The notes below the pieces were generated by a model. It searched no databases, was not told the origin of the DNA, and was given only the letters and a program-made list of their open reading frames with translations. A stretch of 64,000 nucleotides of DNA. Source: Candidatus Thiodiazotropha sp. (GTDB taxonomy: Bacteria; Pseudomonadota; Gammaproteobacteria; Chromatiales; Chromatiaceae). Where the stretch lies: contig JBFNJI010000046.1 of NCBI GenBank assembly GCA_040793985.1, positions 226-64,225 on the forward strand. The letters run 5' to 3'. The translations under genes were made by a program, and so were the position numbers. Within the stretch, counting starts at the first letter, position 1. Each line of letters opens with the position of its first letter. Below, in pieces: positions 25,972-35,413 of the stretch.

Positions 25972-28900
25972 GTGGTGGGTCTGGTGACTGAAATATCTCC
26001 TCAAATTGTCCAAATCTTTCTGTTGCTCATTGCTGTTCTCTCCCTCGGCATCGCCGCTTACAGTTGGTTTAAAGCAAAAGGCCTGAGATTTAGCGAGGAT
26101 CAGAGTCAGAAGTATCGAAATCTGTTTGATCAGGCTGGCGATGGCATAATCGTTCACGATGCCGACGGTAAAATCCTCGATGTAAATCATGCGATTTGCG
26201 ACCTGTTCGGCTATAGCATGGATGAGTTTTGCCAACTTACAGTTCCCCAGCTACACCCTTCGGATATTGCTGTTGTCGAAAAAAGCCGTGAAGCCTTCGC
26301 ATTGGTTGCACGTGACGGTCAAGTCAGATTTGAAAACGATTTCATTACCAGGGACGGAGAGATTTTGATCGGGGATGTAACCGCAAAGGTCATCCACGAT
26401 AGCGGCGGTAAATACATCCATGCCGTGTTTCGCAATGTTACAGTTCAGAAGCAGATGGAGGCTGCGCTGAAAAAACAGAATCAGCAATATCTTTCCCTGC
26501 TCGAGAATGTCAACGTCATTAGTTGGGAACTCGACCTCTCCAACACAAATTTTATCTACGTATCACCCAACGCGGAGCGCATTCTCGGATATCCGATGAA
26601 GGATTGGGTGAACATGGATTCATGGGTCTCCATGGTGCTGGTTGAGGATCGGGAATTTGCCAGAAAATATTGCACGGCTGAGGCGCTTGCCGGCCGGGAT
26701 CATACGTTTGAATATCGTATGCAGAAACAAAATGGCGAGATTATCTGGATATTGGAGGTAGTCCGGGTGATAAAGGATCAGACGGATAATCCTGTTAGGT
26801 TGGCTGGATTTATGTTTGATAACACCGATCAACATGAACTGACGGCAAAACTGGACGAGAGCCGCAGGGCTTATCGGAATGCACAAGAGATCGCGCAATT
26901 GGGATATTGGCAAATGGATATCAAGACCGGGAAAATCACCTGGTCAGATGATATTTTCCGGATGCTGGGAATGGCTCCCGAAACGGAGCTGGGGGTGGAA
27001 TTTCTTGCCAATATCGTACATCCCGATGATTGGCCAAAAGTTGAGTCATCACTAAAAACAGCCATCCGTGAAGGTACTGTGCACGAGATGGAGTACCGTG
27101 TCAGCTGTCCAGGCAGACACAATGAAATATTGTGGGTCTATTCCAAGGCGGAGCGATTGCGGGATTCCAGCGGTCAAGCAAAAAGCCTGTCTGGGATTGT
27201 GCAGGATATTACCGAACGCAAGCAGAACGAGTTGGCTCTGCGGGAAAGCGAATCATTCTTGAACGACATCTTCGACGCCATTCAGAATGGTATCAGCATC
27301 CTGGATACGGATTTCAATATTGTCAAAACAAACCGCTGGCTTGACGAGTATTATACGGACAAAAAACCCCTTATAGGTAAAAAGTGTTATCACGTCTATC
27401 AAGACAGCGATGCAGTCTGTGATTTTTGCCCGACCAAGGATGTATTGGAAACCGGTTTGCCAAAAACTGACACCTTAAAGGTACCCCTCGCGGGTGGTGG
27501 AACAGGCTGGGTCGAATTATCCGTATTTCCCGTTAAAAATGAAGCAGGTCGCATCGTTAATGTAATCGAATACATCAAGGATATTACAAAGAGAAAGACT
27601 GCGGAGAGCAGACTGGCACGTTTTCGAAATCTCCTTGAACAATCGAGTGATGTAATACTCATTATCAATGCCGATACTTCCCGCATTGTGGATGCCAATA
27701 TGGCGGCATGTAAAAGTCTGGGTTATGACCTGGATAAGCTGTTAACACTGCATGTCTGGGAGATCGATAGCAATATGGCAGATCAGGAGGCCTGGCATGC
27801 ATGGGTTGATTCCCTCGCAAAGCAGACGGATGTGGTAAGTGAAAGCCGCTATTTGAGAAATAACGGTGATCGATTTCCAGTTGAGGTTAATACCCGGCAT
27901 GTCGAAACCGAAGATGAAGATCTGATTATAGCCATTGCGCGAGATCTGAGTGACATTGTTAGAATTCATGATCAGCTTGTTGAGAGTGAGAGCAAACTGC
28001 GAACCATACTCGATAATGTCGATGCCTTTATTTACCTCAAGGATCTGGATGGCAAATATCTTTTTGCCAACAAGGCGGTACGTGATCTATGGCATGCCGA
28101 TATGGACGATATCCTTGGTTATGGCGATGAAAAGTTTTTTGATGAAGCCAGTTCACAGGCAATAAGGATCAATGACAGCAAGGTGTTGAATGAGGGCATG
28201 ATCCTGCGCGCCCATGAAACCAATACTGTTCCGCAGACTGGGAAAACCGCAGTATATCAATCGACGAAGCTGCCCCTGAGGCACGAGGATGGAGAGATCT
28301 ATGCACTGTGCGGGATCTCTATGGATGTCACCGAACAGAAAAAAGCGGAAACGGACCTAAAGGAGAGTGAACGGCGTTTCAAGATCGCAGGTCAGGCAGC
28401 ATATGACCTGATCTATGAATGGGATGTGGCCAGTGACGAGTTGAAATGGTACAGCGACATTGACCGGATACTTGGTTATGCAGAGGGTCAAATCTCCCAA
28501 AATATTCGCGCATGGCTGGATCTTATCCATCCAGATGATCTGCAATTCATGCAGGACAGTGTTGAATTACATCGCACCTCATCGAGCGATATCCAGTACG
28601 AATACAGAGTAAGACATGCGGATGGATCCTACCGGTATTGGAGTGACCATGCCTTGCCCATGCTGGATAAGGATAATAAACCGTATCGATGGGTGGGTGT
28701 TTGTGCTGATATAACGCTGCTAAAAGAGCATCAGTTGCAGCTTGAGCATAATGCCAACCACGATCTGTTAACCGGATTGCCGAATCGTGTATTGCTTAGT
28801 GATCGCCTGAAGCAGGCGATGCTCCAGGAAAAACGTTTCAAGCAGAAACTTGCTGTTGTCTATATCGATTTGGACGGATTCAAGCAGATCAATGACCGCT

Positions 28901-30423
28901 ATGGGCATGATGTGGGCGATCAGGTACTGATCGGTATGGCGAATCGGTTCAGTACATCGTTGCGTGAGGGAGATACCATATCCCGCTTTGGCGGTGATGA
29001 GTTTGTTGCCGTATTGAGTGGTGTCGGTGGTAAGGAGTCATGTGTTCCCTTGCTCAAACGCCTGCTGCAGGCGTCAACGCAGCCAATTCAGGAAAGTGGT
29101 GAATATATCCAGTTGAGTGCCAGTCTTGGTATCAGCCTGTACCCACAGGAAGAAGATGTGGATGGCGATCAGTTGTTACGTCAGGCGGATCAGGCGATGT
29201 ACCAGGCCAAGCTGGCAGGGAAGAACCGATACAGTTTTTTTGATACAGAGTATGACCGAACTCTCAGGGGTAAAAAAGAGGACGTACAAAGAATTGAAAA
29301 AGGACTGTTGGCGAGCGAATTCGAGCTTTACTATCAACCAAAGGTTAATATGAGTGATGGTAAGGTTGTGGGTGTAGAGGCGTTGTTGCGTTGGCGGCAT
29401 CCTCAGCAGGGATTGCTGTTGCCCGCACATTTCCTGCCGGTAATCGAAGATCATGCTGTTGCGGTGGATTTGGGTGAGTGGGTGCTGGATAGTGCGCTTT
29501 CCCAGCTTGCAGAGTGGGAAAGTCAAGGTTTGTTTACGGCTGTCAGCGTCAATATAGGTGCGCAGCAGTTGCAAACAACGGACTTTGTGAGGCGGTTGAA
29601 AGAGATCATGCAGCGCTATCCGGAAATTGAGCCTACTCGGTTGCAGCTCGAAATATTGGAAACCAGCGCGCTGAATGACATAAGTCATATCACAAAAATA
29701 ATGCAGGAGTGTCTTGAGTTCGGTGTGAGCTTCGCACTTGATGATTTCGGTACCGGTTACTCATCCTTGTCCTATCTCAAACATTTACCGGCAACCAGTA
29801 TTAAGATAGATCGCTCCTTCGTGCGGGACATGTTGCATGATCCCGATGACCTGGCGATTCTGGAAGGTATCCTAGGTATGGCAACAGCATTCCGGCGAAA
29901 TATCATTGCCGAGGGAGTCGAGTCGGCTGAGCATGGAGAGCTGTTGCTTAAACTCGGTTGCAAGTATGCGCAGGGTTATGGAATTGCAAAGCCGATGCCG
30001 CCGCATGAGTTTCCTGAGTGGCTGAGCAAATGGTCGCCCTTTGAGAGTTGGCAACATCAACGTCGGGTTAGTCGCGATGATCTGTCTTTGTTGTTTGCCG
30101 GTATTGAACACCGCGCATGGGTGAATGGTGTTGAAGGATCAATCCTCAACAAGGTAAGTAACTTTCCTGTTCTCGACCATACCAAGTGCCGGTTTGCCGC
30201 CTGGCTCAGTGGCGATGGGTATACAAACTATAGTCATTTGGATGCCTACCAGGAAATTGTAATGCTGCATGAGCATATACATGTTTTTGTTAAAACCCTG
30301 GCTCACAAGTGTCGGCAGGGAGAGTACGAACAAGCGGCTGACGGGCTTCCTGAGTTACGCAGACAGGCGCAGTTTCTTTTGAGCTTGTTAGATGGCTTGG
30401 TCGGTTCAGCAAGCCAGCAATGA
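25972..30423 (+). CDS. Multi-PAS GGDEF-EAL protein with C-terminal CZB domain
   Basis: About 7 PAS/PAC repeats; HDLLTGLPNR, intact GGDEF, VEALLRW, DDFGTGYSSLSYL; C-terminal HTKCRFAAW...HEHIH. Confidence 0.93.
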   Translation: MVGLVTEISPQIVQIFLLLIAVLSLGIAAYSWFKAKGLRFSEDQSQKYRNLFDQAGDGIIVHDADGKILDVNHAICDLFGYSMDEFCQLTVPQLHPSDIAVVEKSREAFALVARDGQVRFENDFITRDGEILIGDVTAKVIHDSGGKYIHAVFRNVTVQKQMEAALKKQNQQYLSLLENVNVISWELDLSNTNFIYVSPNAERILGYPMKDWVNMDSWVSMVLVEDREFARKYCTAEALAGRDHTFEYRMQKQNGEIIWILEVVRVIKDQTDNPVRLAGFMFDNTDQHELTAKLDESRRAYRNAQEIAQLGYWQMDIKTGKITWSDDIFRMLGMAPETELGVEFLANIVHPDDWPKVESSLKTAIREGTVHEMEYRVSCPGRHNEILWVYSKAERLRDSSGQAKSLSGIVQDITERKQNELALRESESFLNDIFDAIQNGISILDTDFNIVKTNRWLDEYYTDKKPLIGKKCYHVYQDSDAVCDFCPTKDVLETGLPKTDTLKVPLAGGGTGWVELSVFPVKNEAGRIVNVIEYIKDITKRKTAESRLARFRNLLEQSSDVILIINADTSRIVDANMAACKSLGYDLDKLLTLHVWEIDSNMADQEAWHAWVDSLAKQTDVVSESRYLRNNGDRFPVEVNTRHVETEDEDLIIAIARDLSDIVRIHDQLVESESKLRTILDNVDAFIYLKDLDGKYLFANKAVRDLWHADMDDILGYGDEKFFDEASSQAIRINDSKVLNEGMILRAHETNTVPQTGKTAVYQSTKLPLRHEDGEIYALCGISMDVTEQKKAETDLKESERRFKIAGQAAYDLIYEWDVASDELKWYSDIDRILGYAEGQISQNIRAWLDLIHPDDLQFMQDSVELHRTSSSDIQYEYRVRHADGSYRYWSDHALPMLDKDNKPYRWVGVCADITLLKEHQLQLEHNANHDLLTGLPNRVLLSDRLKQAMLQEKRFKQKLAVVYIDLDGFKQINDRYGHDVGDQVLIGMANRFSTSLREGDTISRFGGDEFVAVLSGVGGKESCVPLLKRLLQASTQPIQESGEYIQLSASLGISLYPQEEDVDGDQLLRQADQAMYQAKLAGKNRYSFFDTEYDRTLRGKKEDVQRIEKGLLASEFELYYQPKVNMSDGKVVGVEALLRWRHPQQGLLLPAHFLPVIEDHAVAVDLGEWVLDSALSQLAEWESQGLFTAVSVNIGAQQLQTTDFVRRLKEIMQRYPEIEPTRLQLEILETSALNDISHITKIMQECLEFGVSFALDDFGTGYSSLSYLKHLPATSIKIDRSFVRDMLHDPDDLAILEGILGMATAFRRNIIAEGVESAEHGELLLKLGCKYAQGYGIAKPMPPHEFPEWLSKWSPFESWQHQRRVSRDDLSLLFAGIEHRAWVNGVEGSILNKVSNFPVLDHTKCRFAAWLSGDGYTNYSHLDAYQEIVMLHEHIHVFVKTLAHKCRQGEYEQAADGLPELRRQAQFLLSLLDGLVGSASQQ

Positions 30424-30507
30424 ATGTACACCGATGTTTGTGATGTCAGCAGCAGAGTAATCCGGTTTGATCATAATCCAGTGCATAATGGCGCATGACT
30501 GGACACA

Positions 30508-32589
30508 CTATTCAGTGTGGAAGTCGTAATTGATGGACGTCGACGGCTCCTGGATGAAATAGCCACGGATATAGTTGACGCCGATTGACCAGAGAATGGC
30601 CAGGCTGCTGGCATCCTCCACACCCGATGCGATGGTTTTTATATTCTGATCCTGGATCACTTCGTTAAGATGGTTCAGGGCATCCTGCTTGTCCTGGTTC
30701 TCGAACAGATCTGAGAGAAATGAGCTGTGAAACTGAATGAAGTCCAAGGGAAAGCTGCCAAGGATAGCCTCCGGTTTCTTCGCCATGCCGAAATGGTGAA
30801 CACAGGTTTTACATTTGATTTTTTTCAAACCGTCGGCAAGTTTCTCCAGTTGATGAAGGTGGGAGCGCGCATTCTCATCATCGAACTGAAAGGTAACCCA
30901 GGAACCTTTCGCTTCATAATCCCGCAGACAGTCACAAATGAACAGCAGTAGGGTGTCATCTTCCAGGGTGGCACCGGAAATACTGATCAGAAAATTGATC
31001 TTTTTTCCCTGTTTTCTTTGTTTGGCCAGTTCTTCAATGGCATGGCGTATAACCCAGCGATCCAGTTCAGGCATGCGATTGAGGGAATTTACCTGATTCA
31101 GAAAGTGCTCCGGCTGGATCTCCTCCTGGTTCTCGTCTATGAGACGTACCGTCACCGCATAGTTTTCTCTGGTGTCGCCGTGCAGGCTGACTATGGGTTG
31201 ATAGGCAAGCTTGAAGGTACTGTTTTCGAAGGCGTAGCGGATCAGGTTGCTGAGGTTGGCCTCGCTAGCCGTTGCTTGGGCATCTTCCGGTAACTGGGTG
31301 TCGGTTATATAGAAGTCGTTACCGCCATTTGAGCGGGCATGCTCACAGGCATGGTAGGCCTGGGTAACGAAATCGTGGCCGCTTAGGACATCATCGGAGG
31401 AGAAGACCACACCAATGCTGCAGGTTGGTTTTATATCACCCTCTGGAAATTCGTGTGCGGCTACCGTGTTGCAGATGCTGCGGGCCATCTCTTCGGTCGC
31501 TTCCAACTCCAGGGTGGCCGAGAGGATGGTGAAGGTGTGATCGCCGAAACGTGCCAGGAGATCGTTACTTGAAGCACTTTTTCGGATCTCCCCGGCAATT
31601 TCCAGGAGCAGTGCATCACTCGACTTGATGCCGGTTTTACTGCGGATTTCAGTAAAGTTATCCAAGGTGATGTAGAAAAGCGTCTGCGGATTCTGACCGT
31701 TATCGAAGTGTTGCCTGGCCTCTTCATCCACCTGGGCGATGAAATATTGACGATTGTAGAGACCGGTCTGGACATCCTGGGTACTGAGCAGGCGAAGCTT
31801 CTCCTCGACTTCTCTGGAGATCGATTGGTCGCGAATGATGACCTGGGTACAAGACTCACCGTCGATACTGGCGGGTGTGAAATGGAGTTCGGCACTGAAT
31901 TCCGAGCCGTTATCACGAATACAGGTGGTTTTCACCTCACTCGAGTGTTCGCTGTCGGCGCTCAATTTCCGTAACAGCTTCTTGAATGGTGCGTGTTCGG
32001 CGGAAGCGATCATATCGAGTATGGGCAGGCCCTCGATCTCCTCCTCGCTGGCGAGGCCGAACAGCTCCAGATAGGCACGGTTGGCGGTAACATGCATACC
32101 TTCATGGACGTAGGCGATGGCATCTCTGGAACTCTCGGTGAGTGCATCGCAGCGTTCCTCGGCCTCTTCAAGTTGGCGTTCGACCCGTTGCAAACGACGC
32201 GCCGTCTTGAGGTGCCTGGCCTCGCGTAGAATTACCTGCACGAGATGTGCGTGGTCTTTCCTCAGTACCAGGTCGGTGACACCTTGGCGCATCAGTTCCA
32301 ACTGCAGCTCATCATCAGGGGTATCAGAGACGGCGACCACCGGGATAATGGGGTTGATTGCGCCGATAATGGCAAACATCTGGGTGGTGTCGAGGGCCTC
32401 GTTCTCCAGCGTATAGATAAGCAGATCGAGGGCTTTTTTCTCTTTTAACGCCGTACCCAGCTGATCGGCATCATGGTCTATGCGTGTGGCATGGGCCGGA
32501 TTGCCGTTGTTTCGCAAGGCATCTAGGTAGGCCTCAACCTCGGGTGTCGAATTACCTACAACCAGTAACTCAATTGCATCTTCTGGCAT
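30508..32589 (-). CDS. fimX: FimX-like REC-PAS-degenerate GGDEF-degenerate EAL protein
   Basis: 693 aa with the same domain order as FimX; GGDEF replaced by GDHTF; EAL region reads ENYAVTVRL. Confidence 0.75.
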   Translation of the reverse strand: MPEDAIELLVVGNSTPEVEAYLDALRNNGNPAHATRIDHDADQLGTALKEKKALDLLIYTLENEALDTTQMFAIIGAINPIIPVVAVSDTPDDELQLELMRQGVTDLVLRKDHAHLVQVILREARHLKTARRLQRVERQLEEAEERCDALTESSRDAIAYVHEGMHVTANRAYLELFGLASEEEIEGLPILDMIASAEHAPFKKLLRKLSADSEHSSEVKTTCIRDNGSEFSAELHFTPASIDGESCTQVIIRDQSISREVEEKLRLLSTQDVQTGLYNRQYFIAQVDEEARQHFDNGQNPQTLFYITLDNFTEIRSKTGIKSSDALLLEIAGEIRKSASSNDLLARFGDHTFTILSATLELEATEEMARSICNTVAAHEFPEGDIKPTCSIGVVFSSDDVLSGHDFVTQAYHACEHARSNGGNDFYITDTQLPEDAQATASEANLSNLIRYAFENSTFKLAYQPIVSLHGDTRENYAVTVRLIDENQEEIQPEHFLNQVNSLNRMPELDRWVIRHAIEELAKQRKQGKKINFLISISGATLEDDTLLLFICDCLRDYEAKGSWVTFQFDDENARSHLHQLEKLADGLKKIKCKTCVHHFGMAKKPEAILGSFPLDFIQFHSSFLSDLFENQDKQDALNHLNEVIQDQNIKTIASGVEDASSLAILWSIGVNYIRGYFIQEPSTSINYDFHTE

Positions 32590-32618
32590 CTGGAATCATC
32601 CTGTTTCTCTTCGTGGCA

Positions 32619-33683
32619 TCAAGCTGCTGCGGCACTCTTGCGTCTCATCCTTACTGCATCGGCCAGGATTTCCAATAGGGGCTCGCTATCCTCCCAGCTG
32701 ATACAGGCGTCAGTGATACTCTTGCCGTAGGTCAGAGTCTCACCCTCGATCCTATCCTGCCTTCCCTCAACGAGGAAGCTTTCTATCATCGCCCCCATGA
32801 TGCGTGGGTCGCCGCGTGCTACCTGGCTGGCGACATCACGTCCCACCAGGAGTTGCCTGGGGTGCTGCTTACGGCTGTTGGCGTGGCTGAAGTCGACCAT
32901 TAATCTGGGTTTGAGGCCGTTGCTCTCCATCTCTTCAGCGGCAATGTTGATACTCTCCGAGTCATAGTTGGGGCGGCTGCCGCCTCTTAGAATGACATGG
33001 CAATCCTGATTGCCGTGGGTGGAAAAGATGGCCGATCTACCCTCTTTTGTAACCGAGAGGAAGTGGTGGGGGCGGGATGACGATCTTATGGCATCGAGGG
33101 CAACCCGCATGCTGCCGTTGGTTGCGTTCTTGAATCCCACCGGACAGGAGAGACCGGAAGCAAGCTCTCGATGGGCCTGGCTTTCCGTGGTGCGGGCTCC
33201 GATTGCACCCCAGCTGATCAGATCCGCGATGTATTGCGGACTGATCAAATCGAGATACTCCGTACCTGCCGGAATACCCAGATTATTGATGTCCAGGAGT
33301 AGCTTTCGTGCCAATCGCAGCCCTTTATTGATTTCGAACCTGTCATCCAGCGTGGGGTCGTTGATCAAGCCTTTCCAGCCCACCGTGGTGCGCGGTTTCT
33401 CGAAATAGACGCGCATCACCACTTCTAGATCGTTCCGCAGCCGCTCGCGTACCGGTTGCAGGTGCCTGGCATACTCAAGAGCGGCCTCGGGGTCGTGTAC
33501 TGAGCAGGGGCCGATTATGACCAGTAGCCGGTCATCCTCGCCGTGGAGAATTCGGTGTATCTGGTTGCGTGCCGTATAAACCGTATCGGCCGCCTTCTCC
33601 GAGATCGGAAGCTCTTCGTGGATGAGTGCAGGAGGACTCAACTCCTTGATGGCGTTGATGCGAAGATCGTCAGTCTGTTTCAT
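32619..33683 (-). CDS. aroG: 3-deoxy-7-phosphoheptulonate (DAHP) synthase, class I alpha
   Basis: IGPCSVHD, MRVYFEKPRTTVGWKG, IGARTTESQAHR, DFSHANS and SITDACI motifs; the aroF/G/H isoform cannot be resolved. Confidence 0.93.
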   Translation of the reverse strand: MKQTDDLRINAIKELSPPALIHEELPISEKAADTVYTARNQIHRILHGEDDRLLVIIGPCSVHDPEAALEYARHLQPVRERLRNDLEVVMRVYFEKPRTTVGWKGLINDPTLDDRFEINKGLRLARKLLLDINNLGIPAGTEYLDLISPQYIADLISWGAIGARTTESQAHRELASGLSCPVGFKNATNGSMRVALDAIRSSSRPHHFLSVTKEGRSAIFSTHGNQDCHVILRGGSRPNYDSESINIAAEEMESNGLKPRLMVDFSHANSRKQHPRQLLVGRDVASQVARGDPRIMGAMIESFLVEGRQDRIEGETLTYGKSITDACISWEDSEPLLEILADAVRMRRKSAAAA

Positions 33684-34460
33684 GCGTTGATGTTCATATG
33701 CAGATCAAAATAAAAAAGTGATTATACATGCATAGGAATATTCAGCGATAAGCGAATGGTCGCAATATGATAGGTTTGTCAGTCAGGGTTTTACCGAATT
33801 GCAACCGGTTGGCAGCACCAATGCGCAGAGTCGCTAAAGAGTCTAAGAAATTAGTGGTTTTAGGCGGCTGGTATCCCCGCTGGGAGGGATCTGTCATTCT
33901 GCTGTCTCATCGACAGCATGAGCAGTCACAGCGATTGCGCCGCCATCTCCTGGTGATGAGCGAGGGCGGGAAAAAGAGGTCGAATTCACTTTTCAATTGG
34001 ACTCCATGGTGAGCGAGGAATGTGACATCGAGATGGCGATCAACCACTCCCACTGCCGATCCACTGCGGCCTGGCTCTGCCTGTTGGATGAAAAAAAGCA
34101 CCGCGGCAAGGCTGCCAGGACATCCCCGCGGACGCTATCCGGTGTCCTGAATGTATGCATCTGGCAAAATCCGTGGAATTATCTATAAGTATATGTATTA
34201 TTTTATTTGCTACATATAAGAATTTATTTATTTATTGTTCGATCACAACACGCTTTAGCGTTCTCTCCCGTATCTAACGATTGTTGGGAGACATGCCTGA
34301 AAACATGAGCACCGAATGTGAAAACCGCTGCGCTGGCCGTTTCAGTAGACTTGGCCGGCATGGGGCACGGAACAATCGGTATACTATGTGTGAGACGGTT
34401 AAACATGCATGAATTTAGTGATTTTTTCAGCAAACCATCAACGAGAGCAAGATTTTTAAT

Positions 34461-34763
34461 ATGGCAGAGAAGCGATACCAGGGTATAGACAAGGACCCTA
34501 CTGGCGCCATGAATCCCACTGGCAACATCATACGTGATGCCTGGGTGTTCGGTCTGATTCCCGAATCTGAGACCTGTGAGGGGTGGATGGTACAGGGGAT
34601 AAACGATCTTTATGACAAGGTTACCAAAGAGTGGGAGAAATACGGACACCTGGTATCGAATCTTCCGCCGGAGTTGGCGGAGCGGCACAGCCGGATCTAC
34701 CAACAAGCGGTTACCGATGCCAGGGAGAAGGGCTGGAATCCGGAACTGGGTGAAGATGATTGA
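34461..34763 (+). CDS. Conserved-looking hypothetical protein (100 aa)
   Basis: Clean ORF; IIRDAWVFGLIPESETCEGW and YGHLVSNLPPEL motifs. Confidence 0.82.
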   Translation: MAEKRYQGIDKDPTGAMNPTGNIIRDAWVFGLIPESETCEGWMVQGINDLYDKVTKEWEKYGHLVSNLPPELAERHSRIYQQAVTDAREKGWNPELGEDD

Positions 34764-34776
34764 GTATTGGTAGTTC

Positions 34777-35232
34777 TTGGTTATGAGTGGAAGCCTGAGC
34801 GAGACCTTCTTCCGCCCTGACGAGCTTGCCTGTGAGCGCCTGAATATTCCATCTTCGCTCTATAATCAGTGCCGGCTAATGTTGTCGCGTTGTCAGTACG
34901 AACATATCTTCATCCCTGTGCGAACCATGCAGATCCAGGCGGTGATCGATGAGGATGAGGTGATCTTTGTCGATAATCAGGCCTATGCGGTTCGCAATGG
35001 TGAAGGCGGTAAGCTGATCCGGCTGGCCTGGAAATTTCGCCGGGATCTGGAGCGGGACAATATCACCGAACCTGCGCCCATTGATTTGATCTACTATGAT
35101 GACCAGGCCCGAGAGCTGCATACTCGATTAATCGGCGACTTTAAAAAGGCCCTTGATATCATGGAAGTACGCTTCAGAGAGAACGGCTGTGAGGCGCGCG
35201 TTAAGCGGGTACTGCCGTTTCCGAAGCAATAG
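34777..35232 (+). CDS. Conserved-looking hypothetical protein (151 aa)
   Basis: Clean ORF 13 bp after the previous gene; FIPVRTMQIQAVIDEDEVIFVD motif. Confidence 0.8.
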   Translation: MVMSGSLSETFFRPDELACERLNIPSSLYNQCRLMLSRCQYEHIFIPVRTMQIQAVIDEDEVIFVDNQAYAVRNGEGGKLIRLAWKFRRDLERDNITEPAPIDLIYYDDQARELHTRLIGDFKKALDIMEVRFRENGCEARVKRVLPFPKQ

Positions 35233-35413
35233 ACCTAAAGGCATTGAAATGACAGCGACGGGCAGAGGTGGGGCAGAGTCCGAGCCTGCGTTTTGCCTGC
35301 TTGGGAAGGTATCCGGCCTTGCAAGAATCTGTCTGAAGTCGGTGCAATTTCATTGGGCACTGCGCTCAACCAGCAACGGCGCTTCTGAATAAACTCGCTA
35401 TGGCATTGGAAGC

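Noticed and set aside
33700-34460. Long intergenic region with 60-160 aa ORFs in several frames; possible small gene or leader RNA upstream of aroG
   Set aside because: No RBS-supported ORF with protein-like features and no riboswitch or attenuator pattern that I could recognise
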